This document shows, piece by piece, positions 24,603 to 36,368 of a DNA stretch of 64,000 bases. A model generated the notes under the pieces. That model worked only from the letters and a program-made list of their open reading frames with translations. It did no database searches and was not told the DNA's origin. Both the position numbers and the translations under genes were made by a program. This stretch comes from Vitrella brassicaformis CCMP3155 (Eukaryota; Protista; Chromerida): NCBI GenBank assembly GCA_001179505.1, contig CDMY01000069.1, positions 62,001 to 126,000 on the forward strand, in the 5' to 3' direction. The stretch's first letter is position 1. Every line of letters begins with the position of its first letter.

Positions 24603-26742
24603 ATGAGTGTTGCTCCATTGGCCGGTGGGCTCACTCATAGGCATACCATCGTGAATCACTCATGGTTGGTTGTTTCATTATTGACTTCGTGCAACTCGAA
24701 ATCTAGGCTCACAGATTCTCTACAATGGTGTACATCCGCCCGAGGGAGGTACGTACGCTCCAGAGAGTGCCTGTCGAGTGCTTACTGCAATGCACGAGTC
24801 CCCAATTTCCCTGTGTTTTCGTCGTGTCGTCGTGTTTTTTTAAGGCCACTGTCCTGTCTGCAATCAGGTAATGACAGGGACAAACAAAGACGAGCATGTG
24901 TGTCCCTTCGCCTTTCTGCAGGAGAGAGTCGCATTTCAAGAGGCATGCAAAGCACATGCACAAAAGGTTTCGCAGCTGGACGCAAAAGAGGTCGGAAGGC
25001 AGACGACGCTGCATGCACCTCAGGAAAGTGACAGCCTGTTCTTTTACTGCAGAGTCCGGGCATATAGAATGAACCTGCCCGTCGTTTTGACTGCTGATTC
25101 AGCGGCAATGGACGGGCAGTACATCGCCGCTTGTTGCCAAAAGGCTGCATCCAACCGGAAGCACGACGTGCGGCTATGGTACGGCTATTCCAGGCGCGTC
25201 AGAGAAATCGCTCCCTCGCTTAACCCAGAACAGCTTGGCTATATTCTCTATGGGTATTCTCTAAGAGTGAAAGAAATTCGGCGCGGTAGATTTCATCCCT
25301 TTTCCCGTCTGCAGATTCGGAAAGGCGAGATTCCTTCACGAGGGACTGTATCGCGACCTCGTCCCCCATATTTCTAAGCTTCTGCCTGACTTCTGGTCTC
25401 ATCCACTGATGATTATCGCGTGGGCGTTTCAAAGGGTCCAAATTAAAGAGCCCGAACTAATGGAAAAGGTAGAAGGCCACCAGGACGCTATTCTCTGAAG
25501 TCGATTATCGAGATTGCCCTGCCCTTCATTCTAGATTATGGACACGGCATTGAGCAAGATGGACTCTATGCGGCCAGCAGACATTATCAGAATATCCAAC
25601 ATTTATGCGAAGATGGTAATGGCAGCATACATCAATGGTACGCCCTGTCCTCTCGTCGTTTTACGTTGCAGGGCTTGAAGAATCCTTCTTTGGCGCAGAA
25701 ACTATCGAGCGAGCTCATCCCTAAGTGGGAAAGGACGTTTGCGACTGATTTTCGCGAGGTCATCAGCGATGTAAGCCTATGCCAGCTGTACGACAACGAC
25801 GCCAAGAAGTACATCATGGAGAGGTTTCGCCGGTCCGCAGATCGCCAGACGTACAAGATCTTTTGTACCGTTTGCGTCTTCTTCATCCAGAGCGCACCCG
25901 GCAGCAAGACCTCAGCATTATTTGCAGGCGTATAGATGCGCGGTAGCGCTCAGAGTCTTGTTTCCAGACATCTGGGAGGCACTACCGGCCGCAACCCGCG
26001 CTTTCTATGTCAGGCTCAGGTGGGGGCCCAGAGCAACAATAATGTCGACGCGAACTGCTGTGTGGTGCCATTTTGTTGCGTTACAGTCTTAGGAGGATTT
26101 ATCAACGGCCCCGGTTCCCGTCTGCATTCCATTGGGAAGTGTCGAACGACCTGGTGAAGCTAGGGGTCGCTCACCGAAACACGTTCAGGTAGAGCCGTAT
26201 CACCGCGTCCTTTTCGGTGTACAGACCTTCTCTTCCACCCAGGTGGGGGTGCTATTGGATTGACATCGGGGAGGTTGACGACAGGTCCGTGCATCGGGGA
26301 AGTTGACGACAGGTCTTGTGTATGAAAAACTTACCTGCATTTTCTTAAATATAGGAACAACTGCTGGTTTGTTGATGGGCCATCTAGCTTCTACACGTCC
26401 TCGACGGAGTATCTGGAAGTGAAGAAACTGCATCACCGGTCAGTGATGCAGTGCAGTTCAGGGTTGATCGATGCAGGTCTTGGCTGTGCTGTCTTCGTTC
26501 GCAGTATTTTGAGCGACCTCGGATGGAATGTGAGACGTGTTCGATGGTACGACTGGCTTTCGCTTGGACCAGATGAACAAGCGAAAAGGGCATTTCTGCA
26601 ACGGCTCCGAAGCGAGGACGCGAAGAGAGAGATTGAAGACACAGCGAGGGGGCTCAGCTCGTCAGACTTGAAGCGTTTGCTCGCACAGGTCGCGAAAAGG
26701 GCAAGAAGAGAACGTCCTGCTCCCATACAATTCGCACTGTAG
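24603..26742 (+). CDS. RAP-domain helical-repeat protein (organellar RNA-binding); 5' exons uncertain
   Basis: C-terminal RAP-like end ILSDLGWNVRRVRWYDWLSL. Helical-repeat-like exons (WYGYSRRVREIAPSLNPEQLGYILYGY; LSSELIPKWERTFATDFREVIS). Many short introns. Confidence 0.65.
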
Positions 26743-26978
26743 AAGTAAGGCTTGTCGGACGCGCGATTTTGATCCTGCCGATTTATCGATATTACAGTGA
26801 TCCGCTGTAACCATCTGTCAATAAGTCTGGGTTGTTAACAAGCAGCACGAAAGGATAAAAAACGTATCGCTGTCACGAAAGCTTCAGACATCTCACGGAG
26901 CAGAACAACTCTACACTGCCGACCACTGCCCCTACGCGTCAGACAACCATCGGAGACAACCGTTGCCGTTGCAGACCG

Positions 26979-29900
26979 CTACGCGAGGTATCGGTACTGG
27001 TTCGCCTGCTCAGAAACATACACAGCATTGGGAGTCATCTACGCACAGTAGAAGACAATTCTATCTTCACCTGCTCTCCCCGCTCGAGATACTCTCGCTG
27101 TGGACGCGGAGAAGATATAGGTAAGATAAAGGACATGTTTCCAGGAGTGAGAATGTGAGTGTCTTGCTTCATCTTCCTTTGTCTACCTCGATAAGGTGCT
27201 CAATGCGCTGCTTCACAACTTTTGGGTTCGGACGGAAGAAACTGTCGGCCAGAAACGTCAGGGAGAGAAGTAAAACTCAAGCAGAACTTTCAAAAATGTC
27301 GTCTACCTCAGCTGCTGCAGAACTTCAGTCACCAACTGCTGGTGGCCGAGTGTCTGCAGACAGAGAAGAAAGAAGGGCCATAGATAGTACTTTCCGGTCA
27401 ATCTGGAAACGTTGAAAGAGCGGGGTGTACCTTCCGTGCTTTCATGATGCGCACGATTGCAGCTTCGATCGCAATAGACCGATCCTAAGGACGAACATCG
27501 AGAAAAAGACAAACTGAGCGTTATTACGGCAACAGCGCTTATAGAGTCTGAATATAACCTCCTCGACGCGTTCTGCCGTGCAACCAAAGAAACAAAGTTT
27601 ATCATTGCTTGTGACTGCAAGTTCGGGGGCGTACCGCGATTGTGAGTTTCTTCGAAGGTAGGTGCCGGTATCTTCAGCTTTCTGTGGGGACACTGAAAGT
27701 TATCGTTCGGCTTGAATACGTCCTCTGCACTTATCTGTTGAGCCATGGAGCCGGTGTGAGGGAGAAGTGTTTGAGTGTTTGCTGATCAGCGGACATATGT
27801 ACCGATTTCTGATCTGAGTTGTCGGGGTCAGCCTTCACCAGAATCTTGAACTTGCCAAAACTCAGCGTCGCCACCAGCTTCTTGGCGAATGATTCGTCGA
27901 TCTTCAGCAGCTTGGTGATCATCTCGAACGACAGCGTCTCGTGTGTCTTGAAGAGGAGCAGGATGCACGCCTGGTAGCTGCATTTGTAGCAGCGTGGCAC
28001 AGGTGTCCGGAAAGTCAGGCGAAAGGTGCACAACGTCACCTGTTTGTGATAAGATCGTGGCGTTTTTGCAAATGGGCACTGACTACAGCCGATCCTGCAA
28101 AGGATACAAAACAAATTTTCTTACTGCGTGAAGCGGGATGGGTCCATGCTTGTGTATACCTAGCGTGTGAATCCTGTCCAGACAGAAGGGAAAAAATGAG
28201 GTAATTCTCAATGGCAAGGAACCCTTCTGTTGATTTACCAAGTCAGTCGGCGGTGCTGTGTTTTGACTGCATCAAGGAGAGGAACGAACAGTGGTGAGGG
28301 AACACGTGACAAGGAAGCTTTTTCCCCACCTGCGTAGAACGTGTGAAAGACGCCCATCGCCTGAATGAAAAGAACGAAGGCGCATATACGGAAATGGCGA
28401 CGAGACCGAGACCTCAACGGTCCAACTTTACCTTTTGCATCTCCGGCGCAAGTGTGACCTGCACATGAGTGACCAGTCACCCCGGCGCAAGCACGTGAAG
28501 GATTGTGCCGTGGTGCGTGGTGAAGATGTGCTGGATTTGCAGCGTGCCTTACATCGTGAGTCTGGTAAGAGGGCCAATAGCCCGTCGTCAGAACTTGGAC
28601 CTGCAGGAAGAGCCACAGCAACGAACGCCTCCACGCCTCCACGCCTGCATGCGCCACCTGGGCCGAGACAGGGGCTACACTTACCTGGAAGTCAATCCCG
28701 CCGAGGGCCGCGTTTTTGTCGTTGAGTTGGTTGCAGTGGTCCTGAAACTCCCGCTGCGTCTCCTGTGGGATTAGAAGCCACAGATAGTGGCAAAGATTGC
28801 CAGTGTGCACAGCTGGGACCCATCGCATCCTTCTCACAGCTGCTAGGGACAGGTCGGTGATCATGCCCTCCAGCTTCGACGTGAACTGTGCACCGCATCT
28901 GCAACCACGCATAAAAATTGCATTGGTTTCTTGAAGACGATTTTCACGTTGCTCACTTCAACTTCAGCTTTGCGATCATGCTTCGTTCCGCGTCATCGGA
29001 GGCGCTGGTCTCGTACAACAAGCGCTTCGCCAGCTGGTTCCTGTCAGAAGACGGGCGGGAGCTTTCATGAAGAGACAGCTGTCGCGTGCCAATGGGAAAA
29101 CCTGTAGATGTCTGCGAACAGATCCTTGTCCGTCAAATATGAGAACAGCTCAACGATCTTGTTGAGCGATGTCTCAACTTGTTCCTCAGACAACTTGTCA
29201 CCTGATCGAGGGGACACTCACGATGACTCACGCCACACTACCATCGCAACCGCCTTACCAGACTTGCGAAGGATACGGTCGCAGAACGTTGACATCAGTT
29301 GCGCAAACGAGTACTTGCCGACCTCCTGATTGATGAACGTCTCAAACGCTGAACAGGTGAACGAATGCGAGGTGATGAAAGTCATCACCCAGGGTCAATC
29401 GACGAGTTCTCCCCCATGGTTACCTTCTTTCAGAGCCTTCTGGAAAATTGAATCGGATCCGAAGCACTCTGTGACCGTGGACTTATGCTTGTCATGCAGA
29501 TCCTGTGACGAGCGTTTGTCAAGTGAAAATGACTCAAGCCCTGCGAGAAACGTGCTTCGGGCTCACCAGCATGCTCTGGATGAAGGATGGGTCCTGATAC
29601 ACAATGTAAAAGATCAAATAGATCAGATATCTGTTTTTCTCACTTGTTCTTCTTCCAAGGGGTGGATTGTGCGTACCGAAACGTCTGCTTTGGTGGCGTT
29701 CTTGAGTTGCTCCACCTTCTCGTCGACCACCGCCGTGCCGCGACCCTTGACATACTCGCAGAACTGCTTGGCCACAGGCGCCAGCCCTGATAAGAGCCCC
29801 GATCAGGATCAAAGGGTAATGTGCCTGTTCGGTCTGCTTCACTGCCTGCCATACCATCCTCGACCAGCGAGAAGAGTCTGTGCATTCTCGTCATGTCCTG

Positions 29901-31655
29901 GCACAGACAGGACGCGACGCGTTAATTCGTTTCAAGAGGGAAGCAACGCGACTCTGTACCTCGGTCTTGTCATTGGACAACAGGAACGACAGCGACGTCT
30001 CTTTCTCCTAATTGCCCGCAATTGCAGCGTAAACCCCAACAGATTGGGATCAAGTACCAAGATTGGACGTTTCAGCTCTACTGACCAGCAGACGCATCTG
30101 TGGCTGCGCTAGAAGTGCTTGTATGACGACGCTCTTCAGCTTGACGTTAGTGGACCTGGCATGAAGCAGCGTCTCTTTTAGTTTCCCAGTCTCCAATTCC
30201 ATCATGCTCACCTGTGGAGGTACCGGTTGACGCGATCCTCTTCTGACTTTAATGCCTCCTGCAAGTGGACGGAACTACTGTGCTTGGATGGAAAGGCGAC
30301 TGCCCTCTTTCATACCTCCACTTTCCGCAGGTATTCGGGAAAACTGTCCTCCGAGATCCATCCAGACGACTGCCGTGTGAAGTGTTCTTGACTTGCGGGC
30401 AGGAATTGCTCCTACAGAGGCCAAGATGCCGATTACATGCATGATTGGGCAGTAGAATACGGCTCACCTCAAACTCCCGTGTGTACACCTGTGGGCGAAC
30501 GACCATAGAACACTTAGGTGTACACACGGGATGTTCAGTGGATTGGGCTTACGTCCAGACTGCCGTTTCCGAGTCCAATGTACATGTCGATAACGCCTGT
30601 ACATGTCGGTAACATGGTTTCACACTAAGGATGAGCTTGGGTCAGAGTAATGAGTGTCTATACCCTTGATCAGCTCCTGGTCGATCTTGTCCCCTGCAAT
30701 GAAACACAGTTGGACGCATATGTATGCTCTGTGGGCTTCTCGCTGGCAAGGGCGCTTGTCAACCTGTGCGCTCTCGGTTGATGCACGCCAGGATGGCGTT
30801 TCGTACATCTTTCTTCACCTCCTCGAACACCTGAAACCGGATAAGCCAGCAGCTAAGGTGATCTGAGGTGCGTCTACGAATGGGTGTCTCACGAGTTGGT
30901 AGAAGATGGAAATCCCACGCTGATGCAAAGGCTCGACGCTCTGCAGCTTGACGTAGTATCGGTCCTGCAGCCAAGCGTGAATCAGCACTCCAGTAAGCAA
31001 ATGGAAAGGATAGGCCATGCCAGCTGACGTACCAGGTACGTGAAGAAGCGATCCATCCACTTGATGTACATCTTGTGGTTCTCCCAGCGTTTCAACAGCT
31101 CCTGAAGCAGGTAGACGTCTTCACGCTGCTTGAGCGCCGGCAAAATCTACAGCAGGCATAGCGATGGGGGCATCAGTGCGTACTCCAGTGATTGATTGCC
31201 GTGTGCACCTCATTTACCTTCTCCTTCACGTATTTCGAGATAGACTCCCCATACCGCTTGTATAGCTGCTCTGACCAGTTGTTGGGTGTCCGCTGCGTAC
31301 ACATGTTATAGACCGTCCTGTAGGGGCAAGAGGAGAGCAGTGCGGCACCAGTGATGCACCTCGCCCTGTCCTCCATCTGGCACTCACGTGTACATCTCTG
31401 AGTACTCGGCCCTTGTGAAGATGGCACATTTGCGTGCGTCCCCTGCAGCAGCAGCAGATGAGTTCGACGAACCACCGGCGACCTCTCGAGTCTTCCCGGT
31501 ATCCAGGTACTCCTCGAGCACCCTGATGCCGTTCTCGTTGAGGGTCCGCCATCCTGAAAGAGCGTGCGTCAGACAAGCACTGAGCTTGGGGCGCTTGGGG
31601 CGGTTGGTGGTCGAAGCGAGGTCTGCGTACCTGACTCAAGTGGGACGATGGACAT
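26979..31655 (-). CDS. Cullin (CUL1-like)
   Basis: MSIVPLESGWRTL...YSEMYTTVYNMCTQRTPNNWSEQLYKRY; RERTGDKIDQELIK; QFTSKLEGMITDL; VQVLTTGYWPSY; YQACILLLF; neddylation motif IEAAIVRIMKARK; VKQRIEHLIEREYLER; ANQYRYLA*. Confidence 0.92.
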
Positions 31656-31934
31656 GCTTGCTTCGCGCTTGGCCACACCGCGTCTTGTCTATGGCGTCAA
31701 CCGTGTGAGGCCGGGCAAGTTCCGAGGCAGAACAGAACGAGATCCGCAAGCGCGACACTCGCTACTGATTTGAATGCACACGATATGAATGTGGCACTTC
31801 TCCAGGAACGAACGAACGCCTCAGAGAAGGCACGCGACTGGCCCGCCGGAAAGAGTCTGCCACACACAGAGAAGGGGGGGATCGGCCTCCCTCTCGTGCG
31901 AGCTTGAATATGTCGATCCCTCACCCCATTGACG
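31656..31934. promoter_or_regulatory. Divergent promoter spacer cullin / SPB1
   Basis: GTGCGAGCTTGA at 31896-31907, identical to the 12-mer upstream of ATP12 (582-593). Confidence 0.6.
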
Positions 31935-34900
31935 ATGACGAAGAAGAAAACAGGCAAAGGTACCCTGTCTGGAATCACAGAACAGAGCGCTGACACAGTG
32001 GAGCTTTGTGTGTGCATGCCTGTCTGTCCAGAACGCCTCGACAAATGGTACTCCCTCGCCAAAGATCAAGGTGCTTGTCGAGTGAATCAATGGATGAATG
32101 GCCACCTTTGCTCGTCTCTTGGCTCCATGTCCTCTTCATTCGTCAGGGTACCGTGCCAGATCGGCGTTCAAGCTGATCCAGTTGGCGAAGAAGCACGACT
32201 TTCTCTCAAGTGCAACCGTGTGTATCGACCTCTGCGCGGCGCCAGGAGGATGGATGCAGGTGGGCAAGCAAGGGTGCCTGACGTATGAGAGTCGTCCACA
32301 CTGATACAGCGAGTGTTTTCGTTCAGGTTGCCGAGAAGAACATGCCCGTGGCGTCGACCATTATAGGCGTGGACTTGGTGCCTATCAAGCCGATCAAAGG
32401 ATGTGCAACCTTGCAGGCGGACATCACCACGGCGAAGTGCCGTCAGATGCTTAAGAAGGAACTAGGCCAGCAAAAGGTAAGGAATCATTCACACGGAGGA
32501 CTCATTCACACTCACATCTAAGGGCAGCAATCCCTTTGTACAGGCTGACGTTGTCCTCCACGATGGTGCGCCGAATGTGGGGACATCTTGGGCACTGGAC
32601 GCATACGCCCAGAACGAGCTGGTTCTCCAGGCCTTCAAGTTGGCCTGCGAGTTCCTCAAGCCAAACGGGACCTTCATCACCAAGGTGTTCAGGTGCGCAC
32701 ACGAGCAAATGGCGAACGTCCTCCTGCGTTGTGGATTCATGAATTCATCCACACTCTCTTGGCGTCCCTTTTGCTGTGCTGTGTGCTGGCCGTGTGCTCA
32801 GGTCGTCTGACTACAACTCCCTCCTTTGGGTGTTTCATCAGCTCTTTCGTCGCGTAGACGCCACGAAGCCACAGGCGAGCAGAGCCGTGAGCGCCGAGAT
32901 CTACGTCCTCTGCCTCGGCTTCAAGGCGCCTGCCAAGATCGACCCCAAATTCTTCGACGCTAGATTCGTCTTCATGGATGTGGGAGACGCAGACAAGAAC
33001 AAGGACGACGCCACTGCATCCGAGGGCAAGGGCCGCGAGGGGGCGGGTAGGACATCCCTGGCTGACCTGATCAAACAAAAGGGCAAACGGAACAGAGCTG
33101 GCTACGAGGAGGGAGACGACTTTCGCACTGTGACTGTCAAGGTCGGTCAGAGAGAGCACTGCCTGCGCCTTTAGTACCTCCAGCCGACTGCATATGTGGG
33201 CAGGAGTTCATTGACTCGTCGAGCCCCGCGTCCATACTTGTGTCATCTCACAAGCTGCTGTTCACGTCTCCAGAGTGCGACGACATTCGTGACCATGAGC
33301 TGACGACCGATGAGATTCGCGCCCTTTGTGACGACCTTAAGGTAGGGTGGGGGTATACGTGCACGAAAAGTGTGCGCTCGATGCGCTATCCAGCGGGGCT
33401 GAGTCGGTTGTGCTGTGCTCTGGCTTCAGGTGCTGGGCAAACGAGACATGACCCACCTGATGAAGTGGCGCCTGAGGCTCGTCAGGGAGAAAGAGAAAGC
33501 CGATCGAGAGAGGCGGAAAGCTGCAAAGCAAGCCCTCGTTGAGGCAGAAGCAGAACTGCAAGGTAGATAGATAGATACACACTCACACACACCGATGGAC
33601 TACGGAAACCCAACACGTTGGTTGCTCTTCTGGCCTCGCAGAAGAGGGCGTGTGTCCAGAAGAGGAAGAGGTCGACCAGGAAGACGAAGAGAGTGCAGAC
33701 AGGGTCGACAAGGTGGGTTCCACACTTCCAGCGACCAGAGCAGCCCAGCGAGTGCTGACGAACAACTCCGTGTTGGTGCATTGATGCAGGAGCTGGAAGC
33801 TCTCCTCGAGTCCCAGTACCGACACGAGCGAGCCGAGCGGCGCAAGCAGAAAGAGAAAGAGAAGAAGCTGGCCTGGCGCAAGAAGATGTCCCTCAGTGCT
33901 GTTGACAAGGCCGGCGGGTCGATCGACGACCAGGAGCTCTTCTCGCTCAGGCCCGAGACGCAGGAGGCACTGGAAGAAGCGCCGCCGGTTAGTAAGCATC
34001 TCCCAGCCAAATCGTTCCGGCCAAAGGACACAACGTGACCATGGTTTTCTCGGGGCCGTTCGTTGCGCTTCGCAGGACGCACCGGATGGTATATATGAGG
34101 ACGAGGCAGACGACGTCCATCCCGATGCAAAAGCGGAGGGTGAGGAGCAGGACGACAGCGACTATGTCACCAGGTGCCGACTGTCCCATCGCATCTGCAC
34201 CAATCGGCCCACCACACTGTGCTGCTTGGTTGCAGATTAGAGCAAGAGATGGAGGAGTCTCATGCAGCGCAGCGGGACGAGAAGATCCTACGTGGAGCAA
34301 AGGACAGGAGCAAGGAGCGGGCAACTCGTCGACAGCGCGTTACCGCTCAATGGGCCGAGTAGGTCGACTGGCTTAGTGTGACATCCGCGCCGATGGCCTT
34401 CTATCTCCGTGTCTCTTGCGTCTGTGGACTTGTGTGTCAGTGAGATGCGACAGTTCAGTTCCCAGCTCGACATGGCGGCCGAGAGAGAGAGGGCGGACCA
34501 AGTCATGCAAGATGACAGTGACGAGGATGAGTTGCGGCACGATGGCAGTGGCGCTGGGGATGAAGATGCTGCAGCCGAGGCAGATGTGTCACGAGATAAG
34601 CAGCACAGGGAGGGCATGGCGGCCGACCGCTGGTACTCCCATGATCTCTTCAAGAGGTCAGAGCGGGAATCAAAAGGGAGATAGCCCCATCGATGCTCAC
34701 CGCGCTAAATGTGCGTATGTGCATGCTTGGGCCTGCAGCATTTCGACGGAGGATGCTGGAGACGCCCGTGTTGCGAGGAAGAGGAAGCGGAGTGTTGACG
34801 ATGAGATGGGCGTCACAGATGAGGATGGCATTAGGGAGGTACCAGACGAGGACCTCCCATACATTCCCCTGCCCGAGAAGAAGAAAAGACAGGTCAGATC

Positions 34901-36101
34901 GATCACCCCACATCCATCCACCATCTGCTGCCTGTCACACGCTGTTTGTTCATTTGTTACCTTTCTGTGGCAGCTCAAGAAGAAGAGGGAGGCAGCCAAG
35001 AAGGCGGCACAGCAGGCAGCGAGGCGCTTGCGTGGCGAGGCGGATGGTCCGATCGACGACGACAAGGCTGACGAGTTCGAGGAGGTCCCTGCAGAGGAGG
35101 TTGTGGGGCCCAAGGACCAAGACGAGCTGGCAGAGATCCAGGCACTCGGCTCACTCATGGTGCACAAGAAGAGCAGAATGGACCTTATCGATGGCGCCTA
35201 CCATCGATATGCATTCGATGACACAGCTCTGCCGACCTGGTACGCGTGCATGTCTTCACTCAATGCCGGCTCGGTCAACTTCGCTGTGTGTGTGTGTGTG
35301 TGTAGGTTCCACGAAGATGAACAGATGCACAACAAGCCTGAGCTGCCAGTGTCCAAGGAGTACATGGCACAGTTCCGCCAGAAGCTCAAGGACATCAACT
35401 CACGACCCATCCGCAAGGTGAGTCGCGCCCTCATCAATCATCGATTGATGATAAATGGTTGGATTCCACGCATTTCTTGCACGCATCCTCTGCTCAGGTT
35501 GCTGAGGCGCAAGCGCGAAAGAGGGCTCGCGCCAAGAAACGAATGGAGAAGGTCAAGAAACAGGCTCAGAGGTAAGGGAGGGACTGGCCGAGAACATCTG
35601 CGACACTGTCTCTGGTGTCCTCTCTTGTTCAGCATTGCGGAATCGCAGGAGCTCACTGAGGGATCAAAAGCTCGGTCGATCGAGAAACTCATGAAGAAGG
35701 CCAGAGGAGGTAATGCATGCACTATAGTCTGAGACAGCATCCATGTCGAGCTACCTACGTAACTTGTGTGCGGCCCCGTCTGTCAGAGGAGAGACGGAAA
35801 CCGAAGACCTACATCGTATCGCGGTAGGGGGCAGAAAGCTGGACATTCTCCAAGCGTGCGTACATGATGACTGACTGGGTGCTGCCTGTCTGTCTGTCGG
35901 CTTTGTCTGTCTCCCCGTCGGTTGCGTTCTATGACATGCAGGAGGAGTGGCGGTGGCACAGTGGCACAGGGCAAGGGCGACGGGAGGAAGAGCAAGGCAG
36001 CCAAAGGAAACGTGACGGTGGTCGACCGGCGACTCAAGAGTGACAAGCGGGGCAGAGCCAGGATCGACATGAACAGGAAGAGCAAGGGCAAGAAGCGATG
36101 A
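31935..36101 (+). CDS. SPB1: SPB1/FTSJ3 pre-rRNA 2'-O-methyltransferase
   Basis: [34 protein letters not shown]; [12 protein letters not shown]; [10 protein letters not shown]; [14 protein letters not shown]; [13 protein letters not shown]; C-terminal [12 protein letters not shown] and [14 protein letters not shown]; [11 protein letters not shown]. Confidence 0.95.
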
Positions 36102-36368
36102 GTGAGTGCACTGCACTCAATAGTGGGAGGGAGGGATATGAGTGAGTGACTCAGGCTTATGTCCGCGCATACCATATGCGTGCAGTGCAGTGCATGCATC
36201 AGCATCAGTGGGATGGATGGATGGATGCTCAACTGACTCGTTGAAAGAAACGAATGAGTGACCACACGCAATTATTTGATCTGATTGGGAGTGTTAACTC
36301 ACTGATTGACATCGATATGTACAAAGTCGTAACAATGTCATTACGGACGCGCCCACATCCACACAGGC

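Noticed and set aside
24386-25031. Overlapping opposite-strand ATGs (CATGA) and the 214-aa ORF 24387-25031
   Set aside because: The ORF reads through intron-like sequence and has no recognisable domain. The RAP gene more plausibly starts downstream, so the overlap is probably coincidental.
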